A DNA stretch of 64,000 nt from positions 1 through 64,000 of IMG/VR virus record IMGVR_UViG_2775507096_000001, one strand, 5' to 3'. The stretch's first letter is position 1. The number at the start of each line of letters is the position of its first letter. Of this stretch, positions 56,058-64,000 are shown piece by piece. The translations under genes and the position numbers were made by a program. The notes beneath the pieces are model-generated. The model was not told the origin of the DNA, searched no databases, and was given only the letters and a program-made list of their open reading frames with translations. Source of the stretch: a virus (Duplodnaviria; Caudoviricetes).

Positions 56058-59000
56058 CGCCGAACAGCAGCTGGCGGCGGCAGAGCAGGCGATAGCCGAA
56101 GAGGTGGCCGCTGTCCTGGATGAGGTAGCGGCCGAGATCAGCAGCGAGCTGCGTGACGCCACGGAGATCGTCGCCGCGCGGTTCTCCCTCGCCGGTATCG
56201 GCCGCATGTGGCGTGCCCGGATGCCGCGCCTCCTGCGGCGTCTCCTCGGCGTCGCCGAGACCGCCGCCGAGCAGGCCGCGGCCGACACCGGCACCGGCCT
56301 GCCGGACGGGTGGGACGACCTTCCCGGCCGGTACGAGCGCGGCGACAGCCTTCCCCCGTCGCTGGGCGCGTACGTCAACGACACCTGGCACCTGCTACGC
56401 GCCGTCGGGGGCCGGCTCACCGCCGCCGCCGTGGCCGAACTCGCCGCCGGCCTCGACGCCGGGGAAGACGTCGCCCAGCTCCGCGGCAGGCTGCGACAGC
56501 TGTTCTCCCGCGAAGGCGAGCAGCTCGGCGTCACCCGCGAGGCGCGGATCGCGCGGACCGAGTCCACCCGGGCGTGGAATGCGGCCACCCTCGCGGCGGC
56601 ACGAGACCTGACCGGCCCCGACCGGCCCCTGGTCAAGCAGTGGATCACGCAGCACGACGCCCGGGTCCGGCACGCCCACGACGCCGTCGACGGGGCGCTC
56701 CGCCTCATCGATGAGGCGTTCACCGTGGCCGGCATCCCCATGCAGTACCCGGGGGACCCGATGGCGCCCGCCGCGCTCACCGTGAACTGCCGCTGCTACC
56801 TGCGATTGGCACCAGAAACCCGCGCGGCGTCCGCAGTATCGAAGGACAGTCCGCGCGCTGGTGTCTTCGGATCGCAGGAACGCACCGCGGCGGCCGTGCA
56901 GCACACCGGCGCGATGATCGCCCTGCTCCCCTCCGAGGAGGACGCGCAGCGCCTGGCCCTCGCCGACGGTGAACCCGCCGACGAGCTGCACTGCACGCTG
57001 ATGTTCCTCGGCAACGGCGACGACTGGACGGCCGAGCAGCGCGCCGCCCTCGTCACGACGATGCGCGAGTACGCCCCCACCCTGCCCATCTCGGCACGCG
57101 CCTTCGGTGCCGCCCACTGGAACCCGCACGGCGACGAACCGGTGTGGGTGTGGAGCATCGGCGACAACCGCGAAGACCGTGACCCGCAGGGCCCCGACCT
57201 GCAAGACGCTCGCGTGGCAGCGGTCTACGCCGTGGAGGACACCCACGAGTTCTGCATCCTGCCCGAGATCCCCGCACAGCACACGCCCTGGCACCCGCAC
57301 GTCACCGCCGTCTACAGCGCCGACCCCGACCGGTTCCACGACCTGGTCGAGAACGTCGGCCCGGTGACCTTCGACAGGCTGCGCGTGGCGTTCGCCGGCG
57401 AGCACTTCGACATCCCGCTCCGCCCCGCAGAGGAGGACCCACCCATGGCCACCCCCGTCCAGGAAGAGGCGGACACCCCGCCGCCGCCCGTCCGTACCTG
57501 GTCCACCCCCGACGTCGACGGCGCAGCGCTCGCGTTCGAGAACCAGCAGACCGGCGACGGCAGAGTCTTCGCGCCGGGCGCCCTGTACTGGGACGGCACC
57601 GGCCCGTGGCCGCTCCAGTACGCGGAGGCGATGGGACAGGGCCACGACGGTGCTGAACTGGCCGGGTCGATCCAGAAACTCGGCCGGGTCGGCGACCGCA
57701 TCACCGGCAGCGGCGTGCTGTACCTGACGCAGCCCGCCGGGTACGACGCCGTCACGCTGCTGGAGCAGCAGGCGCCGCTCGGGGTGTCCGTCGACCTGGA
57801 CGACGTGGACGTGCAGCTCGTCGATACCACCAGCCCCGGCCAGGAAGCGGGGCCGGCGCTGGCCGCGTCGTTCGCGTCCGCGAGCGTCATGCGCCTTGAT
57901 GACGGCACGTGGATGCTCACCGGCCGGGAACGCACCGAGTGGACCGCGTCCGGGATCGAGATGGCGCACAGCTCCCGCTCGGTGATGCTGTTCACCAGCC
58001 CCGGAGGCCGGATCTCCGCCGCGACCGCCCGCCGTGTCTTCGGTAACCAGATCACCGCAGCCGCCGGCGACTCCGACCCGGACGAAGGCGTTGTCTTCCA
58101 CGAGGAGAGGTCCGGGGACTACCTCGTGCGTATCACCCGCGCCCGGCTGCGCGGCGCCACGCTCGTGGCGATGCCCGCCTACGACAAGGCCCGCATCGTC
58201 CTCGACCCGCCCGGCGAACAGACCGCATCCGCGGTGGTGGCCTCGTCCGGCGACGGGCACGAGCGGCTCGTCACCTACGTGCGCAGCTCCCCGACACCGG
58301 TCCGGCCCCGCCACCTGGCCGAGAAGCTCGGCATGTCCCTCGAAACGGTGCACAGCCACCTGGCCCGTGCGTTGGCGGCCGGCACGGTCGTACGGATCGC
58401 CCGGGGCCTGTACGTCGGCGCGTCCACGCTGCCCGAGGGCGACGTCACGGCCGCCGCGTCCGACGACACCGACCTGCCCGTGCACCCGTGGGGCGACGAG
58501 GCGACGGCCGCCGCAGCTCTCGACGCGCTGTACGACGAGCGTGGCGCGCAGATCGTCGCTTCCGCGTGGCAGGTGATGCAGTCGGAGAAGCCCCTCCCCG
58601 CCGCATGGTTCCGCGAGCCCACCCCCGAGGAACTGCCACCGGGCAGCGGCGGCGTCCACATCGTCGACGGCCGCGCCTACGGCTGGGTGGCGCAGGCCGG
58701 CGTACCCCACGCCGTGCACGGCCGGAAGGTGACCATCGAGAAGCTCGCCGCGCGGGGCCTGGACCTGTCGCACTTCCTACGGGCGAAGTTCCGCCTGGAC
58801 GACGGCACCGAGGTCCGCGCGGGCGCGATGACGATGAACGTGGGCCATCACCGCGACGGCTACGAGTGCGAGACCGCCGTGTGCCAGTTCGACGACACCC
58901 GCACCGTCGCGGCGGTGATCACGGTCGGCGTGAACGAGGGCGGCATGTGGTTCTCCGGTGCTGCCGCTCCCTGGCTGTCGCCGTGGGACCGCACTGTGTT

Positions 59001-59445
59001 CGCCGCGTGCCAGCCCTCGTACCACATGACGCAGGGCGACGACGGGCGTTGGCAGCTCCGCGCCGTCCTGTCCGTGCCGGTACCCGGCCACTCCTCGCCG
59101 CTCAGTGCCGCCGCGGTCGTGGACCGGGCGAACCTCGCCCTCACCGCTGCCGCAGCAGTCATCGACGAGACCGCCACCAGCGAGCCGGCCACGGTCCCGG
59201 ACGTGGAACCGGAGCCCGAGCACGCCCGCACCCGCGACCAGGCCCCGGCCCCGGGCGTGGCCGGCGAGGTCACCGCCGCGCTCCTCCAGCCCGCGTTCCT
59301 CGACCAGTTCGCCGACGCCCTCAAGGCCCGCGAAGCCGAGCGTGCCGCCGCCGCTCGCGCCGAACTCGAAGAACTCACTGCCCGACTCGCACCCCTGCGT
59401 GCCGAGATCGCCGCCACCGCCGCCCAGCCCCAGGAAGGGAACTGA
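56050..59445 (+). CDS. MuF/minor head protein fused to a 2H phosphoesterase and head-maturation-like domains
   Basis: IARTE, KQW...DARVRHAH, PGDP..NCRC; HCTL/HVTA; TGDGRVF; internal HTH. Confidence 0.82.
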   Translation: MADAEQQLAAAEQAIAEEVAAVLDEVAAEISSELRDATEIVAARFSLAGIGRMWRARMPRLLRRLLGVAETAAEQAAADTGTGLPDGWDDLPGRYERGDSLPPSLGAYVNDTWHLLRAVGGRLTAAAVAELAAGLDAGEDVAQLRGRLRQLFSREGEQLGVTREARIARTESTRAWNAATLAAARDLTGPDRPLVKQWITQHDARVRHAHDAVDGALRLIDEAFTVAGIPMQYPGDPMAPAALTVNCRCYLRLAPETRAASAVSKDSPRAGVFGSQERTAAAVQHTGAMIALLPSEEDAQRLALADGEPADELHCTLMFLGNGDDWTAEQRAALVTTMREYAPTLPISARAFGAAHWNPHGDEPVWVWSIGDNREDRDPQGPDLQDARVAAVYAVEDTHEFCILPEIPAQHTPWHPHVTAVYSADPDRFHDLVENVGPVTFDRLRVAFAGEHFDIPLRPAEEDPPMATPVQEEADTPPPPVRTWSTPDVDGAALAFENQQTGDGRVFAPGALYWDGTGPWPLQYAEAMGQGHDGAELAGSIQKLGRVGDRITGSGVLYLTQPAGYDAVTLLEQQAPLGVSVDLDDVDVQLVDTTSPGQEAGPALAASFASASVMRLDDGTWMLTGRERTEWTASGIEMAHSSRSVMLFTSPGGRISAATARRVFGNQITAAAGDSDPDEGVVFHEERSGDYLVRITRARLRGATLVAMPAYDKARIVLDPPGEQTASAVVASSGDGHERLVTYVRSSPTPVRPRHLAEKLGMSLETVHSHLARALAAGTVVRIARGLYVGASTLPEGDVTAAASDDTDLPVHPWGDEATAAAALDALYDERGAQIVASAWQVMQSEKPLPAAWFREPTPEELPPGSGGVHIVDGRAYGWVAQAGVPHAVHGRKVTIEKLAARGLDLSHFLRAKFRLDDGTEVRAGAMTMNVGHHRDGYECETAVCQFDDTRTVAAVITVGVNEGGMWFSGAAAPWLSPWDRTVFAACQPSYHMTQGDDGRWQLRAVLSVPVPGHSSPLSAAAVVDRANLALTAAAAVIDETATSEPATVPDVEPEPEHARTRDQAPAPGVAGEVTAALLQPAFLDQFADALKAREAERAAAARAELEELTARLAPLRAEIAATAAQPQEGN

Positions 59446-59448
59446 CTT

Positions 59449-59607
59449 ATGCCGTGCTCCTGCCAGAAGAACAAGACGCAGTACGAGGTCGTCGACGCCG
59501 CTGGGAAGCGGGTGTTCGGGCCCACCCCGTACAAGACGACCGCCGACGCCATGGCCGCTCGCGGCACGGGCCGCACCGTCCGGGAGATCAGCAAGGGCGG
59601 CGTCTGA
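59449..59607 (+). CDS. Small protein (MPCSC start)
   Basis: AGGAAGG RBS; resembles the next gene; not in ORF track. Confidence 0.6.
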   Translation: MPCSCQKNKTQYEVVDAAGKRVFGPTPYKTTADAMAARGTGRTVREISKGGV

Positions 59608-59837
59608 TGGCGTGCGGCTGCAACAAGGGCCGGGCGCGCACCGCTGCCCCGGTGCCGGGCCGGACCCTGTACCGCGTCGTCCTCGACGGCGGTAACGGCA
59701 AGGTCGCCTTCCAGACCCACACCCTGGCCACGGCACAGGCCGTCTCCAGGAACTACCCGGGCAGCGTCATCGACCCCGACCCCGAGGCGGCTGCCGCCGG
59801 GCAGAGCCCGGCACCCGGCACCGCGGGCGGGGCCTGA
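59607..59837 (+). CDS. Small protein (MACGC start)
   Basis: TGATG overlap. Confidence 0.6.
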   Translation: MACGCNKGRARTAAPVPGRTLYRVVLDGGNGKVAFQTHTLATAQAVSRNYPGSVIDPDPEAAAAGQSPAPGTAGGA

Positions 59838-59952
59838 CACCCCGCGCGTACGGCCTGCGGTGACGACCATCGCGGGCCGTACGTGCGGCTAATATGACCT
59901 TCCAGTCGATGGTTTAGGGCCTGACTCCTGCGAAGCATTCAGGAGTCCTGAC

Positions 59953-61605
59953 ATGCCCGAGCCGTTCGAGCTCCCCGAAGACCTCAGCGCCCTGGACGAC
60001 GAGCAGCTTGCCGCCGCCCTTGAGGGCGCCGTCCAGGCATTCGACGCCAAGGCCAAGTCCAACCTCGTCACCCCCGACGACGTCACCGCGCTGCGGGCCC
60101 TCACCACCGGTATCGAGGCGATGCGGCAGGAGCAGAAGGACCGCATCGACGCCGCGAAGGCCACCGCTGCGGAGATCGAGCAGCTCGCCGCGAAGGTGCG
60201 TGGCGAGGACCCGGCGGCGGCCCCGGAGCCGCCGACCGAGCCTGCTGCCCCCGCGGTCGAGGACACCCCGGCCGAGCCCGTGGCGCCGGTCGAGCCGGAA
60301 CCGGAGGTGTCCGCGTCGGCGATCCTGGCGAAGCGGCCGGTCCTCAACCTCGCCAACGTCCGCGCCTCCCAGCCCCGGGTCCTCCCGGAGCCGCCGGCGC
60401 CGGGCACGACCATCACCGCCGCCGTCGACGTCCCCGGCTACACCCCGGGCGCCCCGCTCGACTTCGGGCAGGTCGTCAGCGGCATCATCAGCCGCGCGAA
60501 TGCGCTCAAAACCGCTGGTGGCGGGGTGGGGCAGGTCATCTCGTACCGGCATCCGTTCGCGCAGGACCTGATCGTCACCGACTCCAGCTCGGCGCCCGAG
60601 GGCACCACCGTGGCGATCGCAGCGCAGAACCAGGGGCGGCTGCCGCAGGGTGACCTCGTCGCGAGCGGCGGCTGGTGTGCGCCCTCGGAAACGCTGTACG
60701 ACATCACCGGCGTGGCCTGCCCGGACATGCTGTGGGACGCCCCGGAGATCCAGCTCGCACGCGGAGGGCTGAGGTACTACAAGCCGCTCAGCCTCGACGT
60801 CTCCAGCATGACGTGGGTCCACACCGAGGCCGACGACATCTCCGGTGCGACGAAGCCCTGTTACACGATTCCGTGCCCGGACCCGGTCGAGGTGCGCTGC
60901 GACGCGGTCGGCGTGTGCCTGGAGGCGGGCATTCTCACCCAGAGGCATTTTCCGGAGCTGGTGAGCTGGTACCTGCGCAACGCGATGGTCGCGCACGAGA
61001 TCCGCATCAAGCAGGTCCTGTTCCAGCAGGCCCTGAACACGGCCACCCCGGTCGTCATGGCCCCGACCTTCGGTGCGCTGTCGGCGATCTACGCGGCTGT
61101 CGCGCTCCAGGCCGCCGACATGATCGAGCGGCACTCGCTGTGCGAGACGATCGCGCTGGAGGTCGTCTTCCCCTGGTGGTCGCGGAACCTGTTCCTGGCC
61201 GACCTGGCGCGGCAGAACGGCGTCAACATCTGCGACCTGTCCCCGACCTGCATCCAGGACGTGTTCTCGACGCTGGGTGTGCGGGTGCAGTTCGCGCGCG
61301 GCCTGTCCCCGGCGGTCCCGGTCGACATCGGTGGTGCCAACCCGGCCACCGAGTGGCCGGCCGAGGTCAACTTCCTGGTGTACCCGTCGGGTTCGATCCA
61401 GATCGGTCGCGGCGAGGAGGTCAATCTGGGGGTCGTGCACGATTCGACCAAATTTGTCACGAATGATTACACCGCGTTGTTCGCGGAGGAGTGTGTCGCC
61501 CTCGTCGACAGGTCGGTGGACACCCGCCTCGTCACCGTCCCGGTCTGCCCGGATGGCGCGACCGGCGCCCAGCTCGAACTGGTCTGCGCCGCAGGCAGCA
61601 GCTGA
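59953..61605 (+). CDS. Major capsid (hexamer-type) protein
   Basis: N-terminal scaffold-like coiled coil; LVASGGWCAPSETLYD; NDYTALFAEE. Confidence 0.85.
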   Translation: MPEPFELPEDLSALDDEQLAAALEGAVQAFDAKAKSNLVTPDDVTALRALTTGIEAMRQEQKDRIDAAKATAAEIEQLAAKVRGEDPAAAPEPPTEPAAPAVEDTPAEPVAPVEPEPEVSASAILAKRPVLNLANVRASQPRVLPEPPAPGTTITAAVDVPGYTPGAPLDFGQVVSGIISRANALKTAGGGVGQVISYRHPFAQDLIVTDSSSAPEGTTVAIAAQNQGRLPQGDLVASGGWCAPSETLYDITGVACPDMLWDAPEIQLARGGLRYYKPLSLDVSSMTWVHTEADDISGATKPCYTIPCPDPVEVRCDAVGVCLEAGILTQRHFPELVSWYLRNAMVAHEIRIKQVLFQQALNTATPVVMAPTFGALSAIYAAVALQAADMIERHSLCETIALEVVFPWWSRNLFLADLARQNGVNICDLSPTCIQDVFSTLGVRVQFARGLSPAVPVDIGGANPATEWPAEVNFLVYPSGSIQIGRGEEVNLGVVHDSTKFVTNDYTALFAEECVALVDRSVDTRLVTVPVCPDGATGAQLELVCAAGSS

Positions 61606-61674
61606 CCCCCACCCCATCCGCAGCCCCGGCCCTCTGCCCGGCCGGGGCTGCCCGGATGAGCGGAGGTGAGGCAG

Positions 61675-62508
61675 ATGCCAGCAGCCGGACTCCGTAAGCG
61701 CGTCGACCCGATCCCGGGCAACCCGTCGCCGTACGGCATCCTCGGTGGCTGCGTCGAGATCGTCGACGTGCCTGACGTGCACGAACTTCTCGGCACCGAG
61801 TGGATGCCGCTGTCGTGCGCTGCCGCACATGACTGGGAGTGGTGCCCCGACGGCAGCACCACGCCCGGCCCGGCGACGAAGACGTTCGAGCGGCCCGGGG
61901 TGTGCACTGCCGCACCCATCACGATCTACGCCGGCGTCACCTGCGGCACGATCGGTTGGCCGTACGACGAGGCCGTGCAGCACGCCCGCGAGACCCTGCG
62001 CATGGGCGAACAGCGGGCGCTCGAAGAGTGGTTCATGCGGGACGTCCTCTGCGACATGGCCGTGGACCTCACCCCCGGCGCCGCCGTCCCCGTCGCCCAG
62101 GGCGTGGCCGCACTCGAAGGATGGCTCGCCGAGACCTATGGCGGGCAGGGACTCCTCCACGTCCCGGCCGCCGCAGCGGCGCTGATGGGCTGCTGCAACG
62201 TGGTCACCCGCACCCGAGACGACCGCTGCCCGGAGACCCTCATGGGCAACGGCGTCATCTTCGGCGCCGGCTACGCCCTGAACGTGGGCGGCCAGGACTG
62301 CACGCAGGCCCCGGACGGCGAAGCCTGGCTCTACATCACCGGCCCTATCCGGGTCCGCCGGGAGGCGCCCGAGATCGTGCCCGGCACCGATGCGGAGAGC
62401 TTCCGCATCACGACCAACGACCGTTTCGTCCTCGCCGAGCGCTCCTTCGTCGTCGAAGTCGCGTGCTGCGAGGCAGCAGCCATAAGGGTGTCGCTGTGCC
62501 CGTGCTGA
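61675..62508 (+). CDS. Capsid pentamer-type/minor capsid protein
   Basis: Follows MCP; GVAALE..LA..YGG.G.LH, T..GN.V.FG.GY, WLYITG. Confidence 0.65.
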   Translation: MPAAGLRKRVDPIPGNPSPYGILGGCVEIVDVPDVHELLGTEWMPLSCAAAHDWEWCPDGSTTPGPATKTFERPGVCTAAPITIYAGVTCGTIGWPYDEAVQHARETLRMGEQRALEEWFMRDVLCDMAVDLTPGAAVPVAQGVAALEGWLAETYGGQGLLHVPAAAAALMGCCNVVTRTRDDRCPETLMGNGVIFGAGYALNVGGQDCTQAPDGEAWLYITGPIRVRREAPEIVPGTDAESFRITTNDRFVLAERSFVVEVACCEAAAIRVSLCPC

Positions 62509-62948
62509 TGATCACCGTGGAGCCGGCGCGCGCCATGCGCGTGGAGTTCGCCAAGTGGGCCGTCCGGCAGACGCCGAAGGTCCGCACCTGCTCGCCGAGC
62601 GCGTTCGCGGTCCCGCCCGGCCTGTTCACGCACATGCCCGAAGCACTGCTCATCGGGTCGACCGTCGACGGGCACCCCTACCGGTCCCCCGAGGAAGACG
62701 CGGCGCTCGCCGCAGCCTCCCAGTGGCGCACAGCGGTCCCCGGTGAGCCTCTACCGGAGGTGCCCGAGGCGGCGTACGCCCCGGACGCCGTTCAGCTGCC
62801 GGGACCGGAGCACAGGCCGGCCCCGGCTGAGGCCGCGCCCTCAGAGGGGGAGGGCGCGGCCATCACCTGTGACGTCTGCTCCCGGCCGTTCACCACCGCG
62901 CGCGGCCGTGACACGCACCGCCGACAGGCCCACCCGGAGGCGGACTGA
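62508..62948 (+). CDS. Hypothetical protein with C-terminal C2H2 finger
   Basis: CDVC...H...H. Confidence 0.6.
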   Translation: MITVEPARAMRVEFAKWAVRQTPKVRTCSPSAFAVPPGLFTHMPEALLIGSTVDGHPYRSPEEDAALAAASQWRTAVPGEPLPEVPEAAYAPDAVQLPGPEHRPAPAEAAPSEGEGAAITCDVCSRPFTTARGRDTHRRQAHPEAD

Positions 62949-63679
62949 TGGCAGTAACGCCCACCCCGTGTGCCTGCGGTGGCGGCGGTAGCGGCGAGCC
63001 CGGGGAGGCATGCTGCGCCCCCTCCATCACCTCAACCCTGCTGTGCCGCCCGGACGGCACCACCGTGCTGCTGCTGGCGCGGTCCGGCTGCACCGCCTGC
63101 GGTAGCCCGCCAGCCGAGCCGGAACTGGTCGGCTGGCTCGATCCGGCGAACGGCGAGTTCACGCACGGCCCGGCGCCCGAGGACGCCGGCCCGTGCGGCA
63201 CGGAGGACTGCGCGTCCGTCACGGTGCTGCGCCTGTGCGACCAGGACTGTGTGCCGTTCCTGCGGCACCTGGTCCACGACTGCACCGGCGCCGTCATCAG
63301 CAGCGTGGACACCACCCCCGACGGCGTCACCCCGTACACGCCTGCCGGGACGGTCGGGGACTGCGCGGACTGCCAGCGGTGCGTTCCGGAGCCGATGTGC
63401 CCCGGCTTCGCCGGCCTCACGGGCCCGGAGACGTGGACCATCCCGGCCGCCACCGAGAGCGTCAGCCTCTCCGTGGCGTGCGGGCCGGTCACCGTCTACC
63501 CCTGCGCCGGGGCGACGGACGGCGTGCAGATCAACGAGTGCGGGGTCAGCCTCCAGTGGGTCGCTCCGGGCACGGAATGCCGGCCGGGCGTGCTGTGCGA
63601 CTCCTTCCGCATCGAAGTGCCGGAGGGCAGTGCCGTCTACGTCTCCTGGCTGTCGGCGGGATGCGGTGACGAGTCATGA
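62948..63679 (+). CDS. Cys-rich putative virion protein
   Basis: Very Cys-rich; in the structural operon. Confidence 0.65.
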   Translation: MAVTPTPCACGGGGSGEPGEACCAPSITSTLLCRPDGTTVLLLARSGCTACGSPPAEPELVGWLDPANGEFTHGPAPEDAGPCGTEDCASVTVLRLCDQDCVPFLRHLVHDCTGAVISSVDTTPDGVTPYTPAGTVGDCADCQRCVPEPMCPGFAGLTGPETWTIPAATESVSLSVACGPVTVYPCAGATDGVQINECGVSLQWVAPGTECRPGVLCDSFRIEVPEGSAVYVSWLSAGCGDES

Positions 63680-63695
63680 ACGGAAAGGCGGACTG

Positions 63696-64000
63696 ATGGC
63701 GGTCAGTGGCAACTTCACGAACTGCAACTGCGGGCCGGACGTGCCCGCGTGCGCGAACCCGACGGAGCCGGTTGCCACGGTGGGCCTGTGCCTCACGGAC
63801 GGAACCCCCATCGCTGTCACCGTGGTGCGGGACTGCGCCGGAGCGGTCACCCAAGAGGGCTGGATCGACCTCACCACGGGCCTCTACACGGCCGGGCCTC
63901 CACCGGCAGGGACGGCGGCCTGTGACACCGGCTGTGTCGACACCGTGTGCGTGCAGCGCTGCGACGACACCAACGGCGACGGCGCCGCCGACCAGACTTA
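63696..64000 (+). CDS. Cys-rich putative virion protein, partial
   Basis: AAAGG RBS; LCLTDGTPI...GWIDLTTG resembles the previous gene; runs off the window. Confidence 0.6.
   Translation, partial: MAVSGNFTNCNCGPDVPACANPTEPVATVGLCLTDGTPIAVTVVRDCAGAVTQEGWIDLTTGLYTAGPPPAGTAACDTGCVDTVCVQRCDDTNGDGAADQT

Larger units (their letters stand above)
867..64000. mobile_element. Temperate prophage (actinophage-like), truncated at the right edge
   Basis: Repressor/cro, YqaJ/RecT, rep, terminase, portal, MuF and capsid genes next to a tRNA 3' end; boundary approximate. Confidence 0.9.

Noticed and set aside
33421-62160. Long antisense ORFs (e.g. 33421-35388, 36221-38377, 45418-47415, 56395-58773, 59914-62160)
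   Set aside because: Shadow frames of high-GC genes with no motifs.

Overview
High-GC actinobacterial DNA (very likely Streptomyces). The first ~870 bp are host: a YtxH-like gene, two tRNA-Asn(GTT) and a tRNA(CAT). The rest is one end of a large temperate prophage that runs off the right edge. Its modules are: two paralogous membrane-anchored genes; a cI/cro-like switch; a YqaJ-RecT-RuvC-WhiB early operon; an HTH replication initiator with internal iterons; GIY-YIG/HTH genes; a plasmid spread (spd)-like membrane operon; a 20-kb array (24.3-44.8 kb); a PadR unit; a tRNA-Gly/DNA-modification/ParB-like block; terminase; portal; a MuF-2H-phosphoesterase fusion; and hexamer/pentamer-type capsid genes. 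No integrase, tail or lysis genes are seen in the window. Three signals stand out. (1) An atypical tRNA-Gly(TCC) at 45901-45974, with features of non-proteinogenic tRNA-Gly, sits directly upstream of a putative adenine-MTase/GNAT-like fusion and a ParB-like gene, suggesting a dedicated glycyl-tRNA donor for DNA hypermodification. (2) Nine copies of a ~90-bp palindromic promoter/operator element divide the 20-kb array into cassette-like units that carry three methyltransferase-like genes and ParB, with a candidate divergent repressor. (3) Beta-clamp-type motifs (QLDLF/QDSLF) occur in all three cassette methyltransferases. All assignments are by eye from motifs; no database searches were run.
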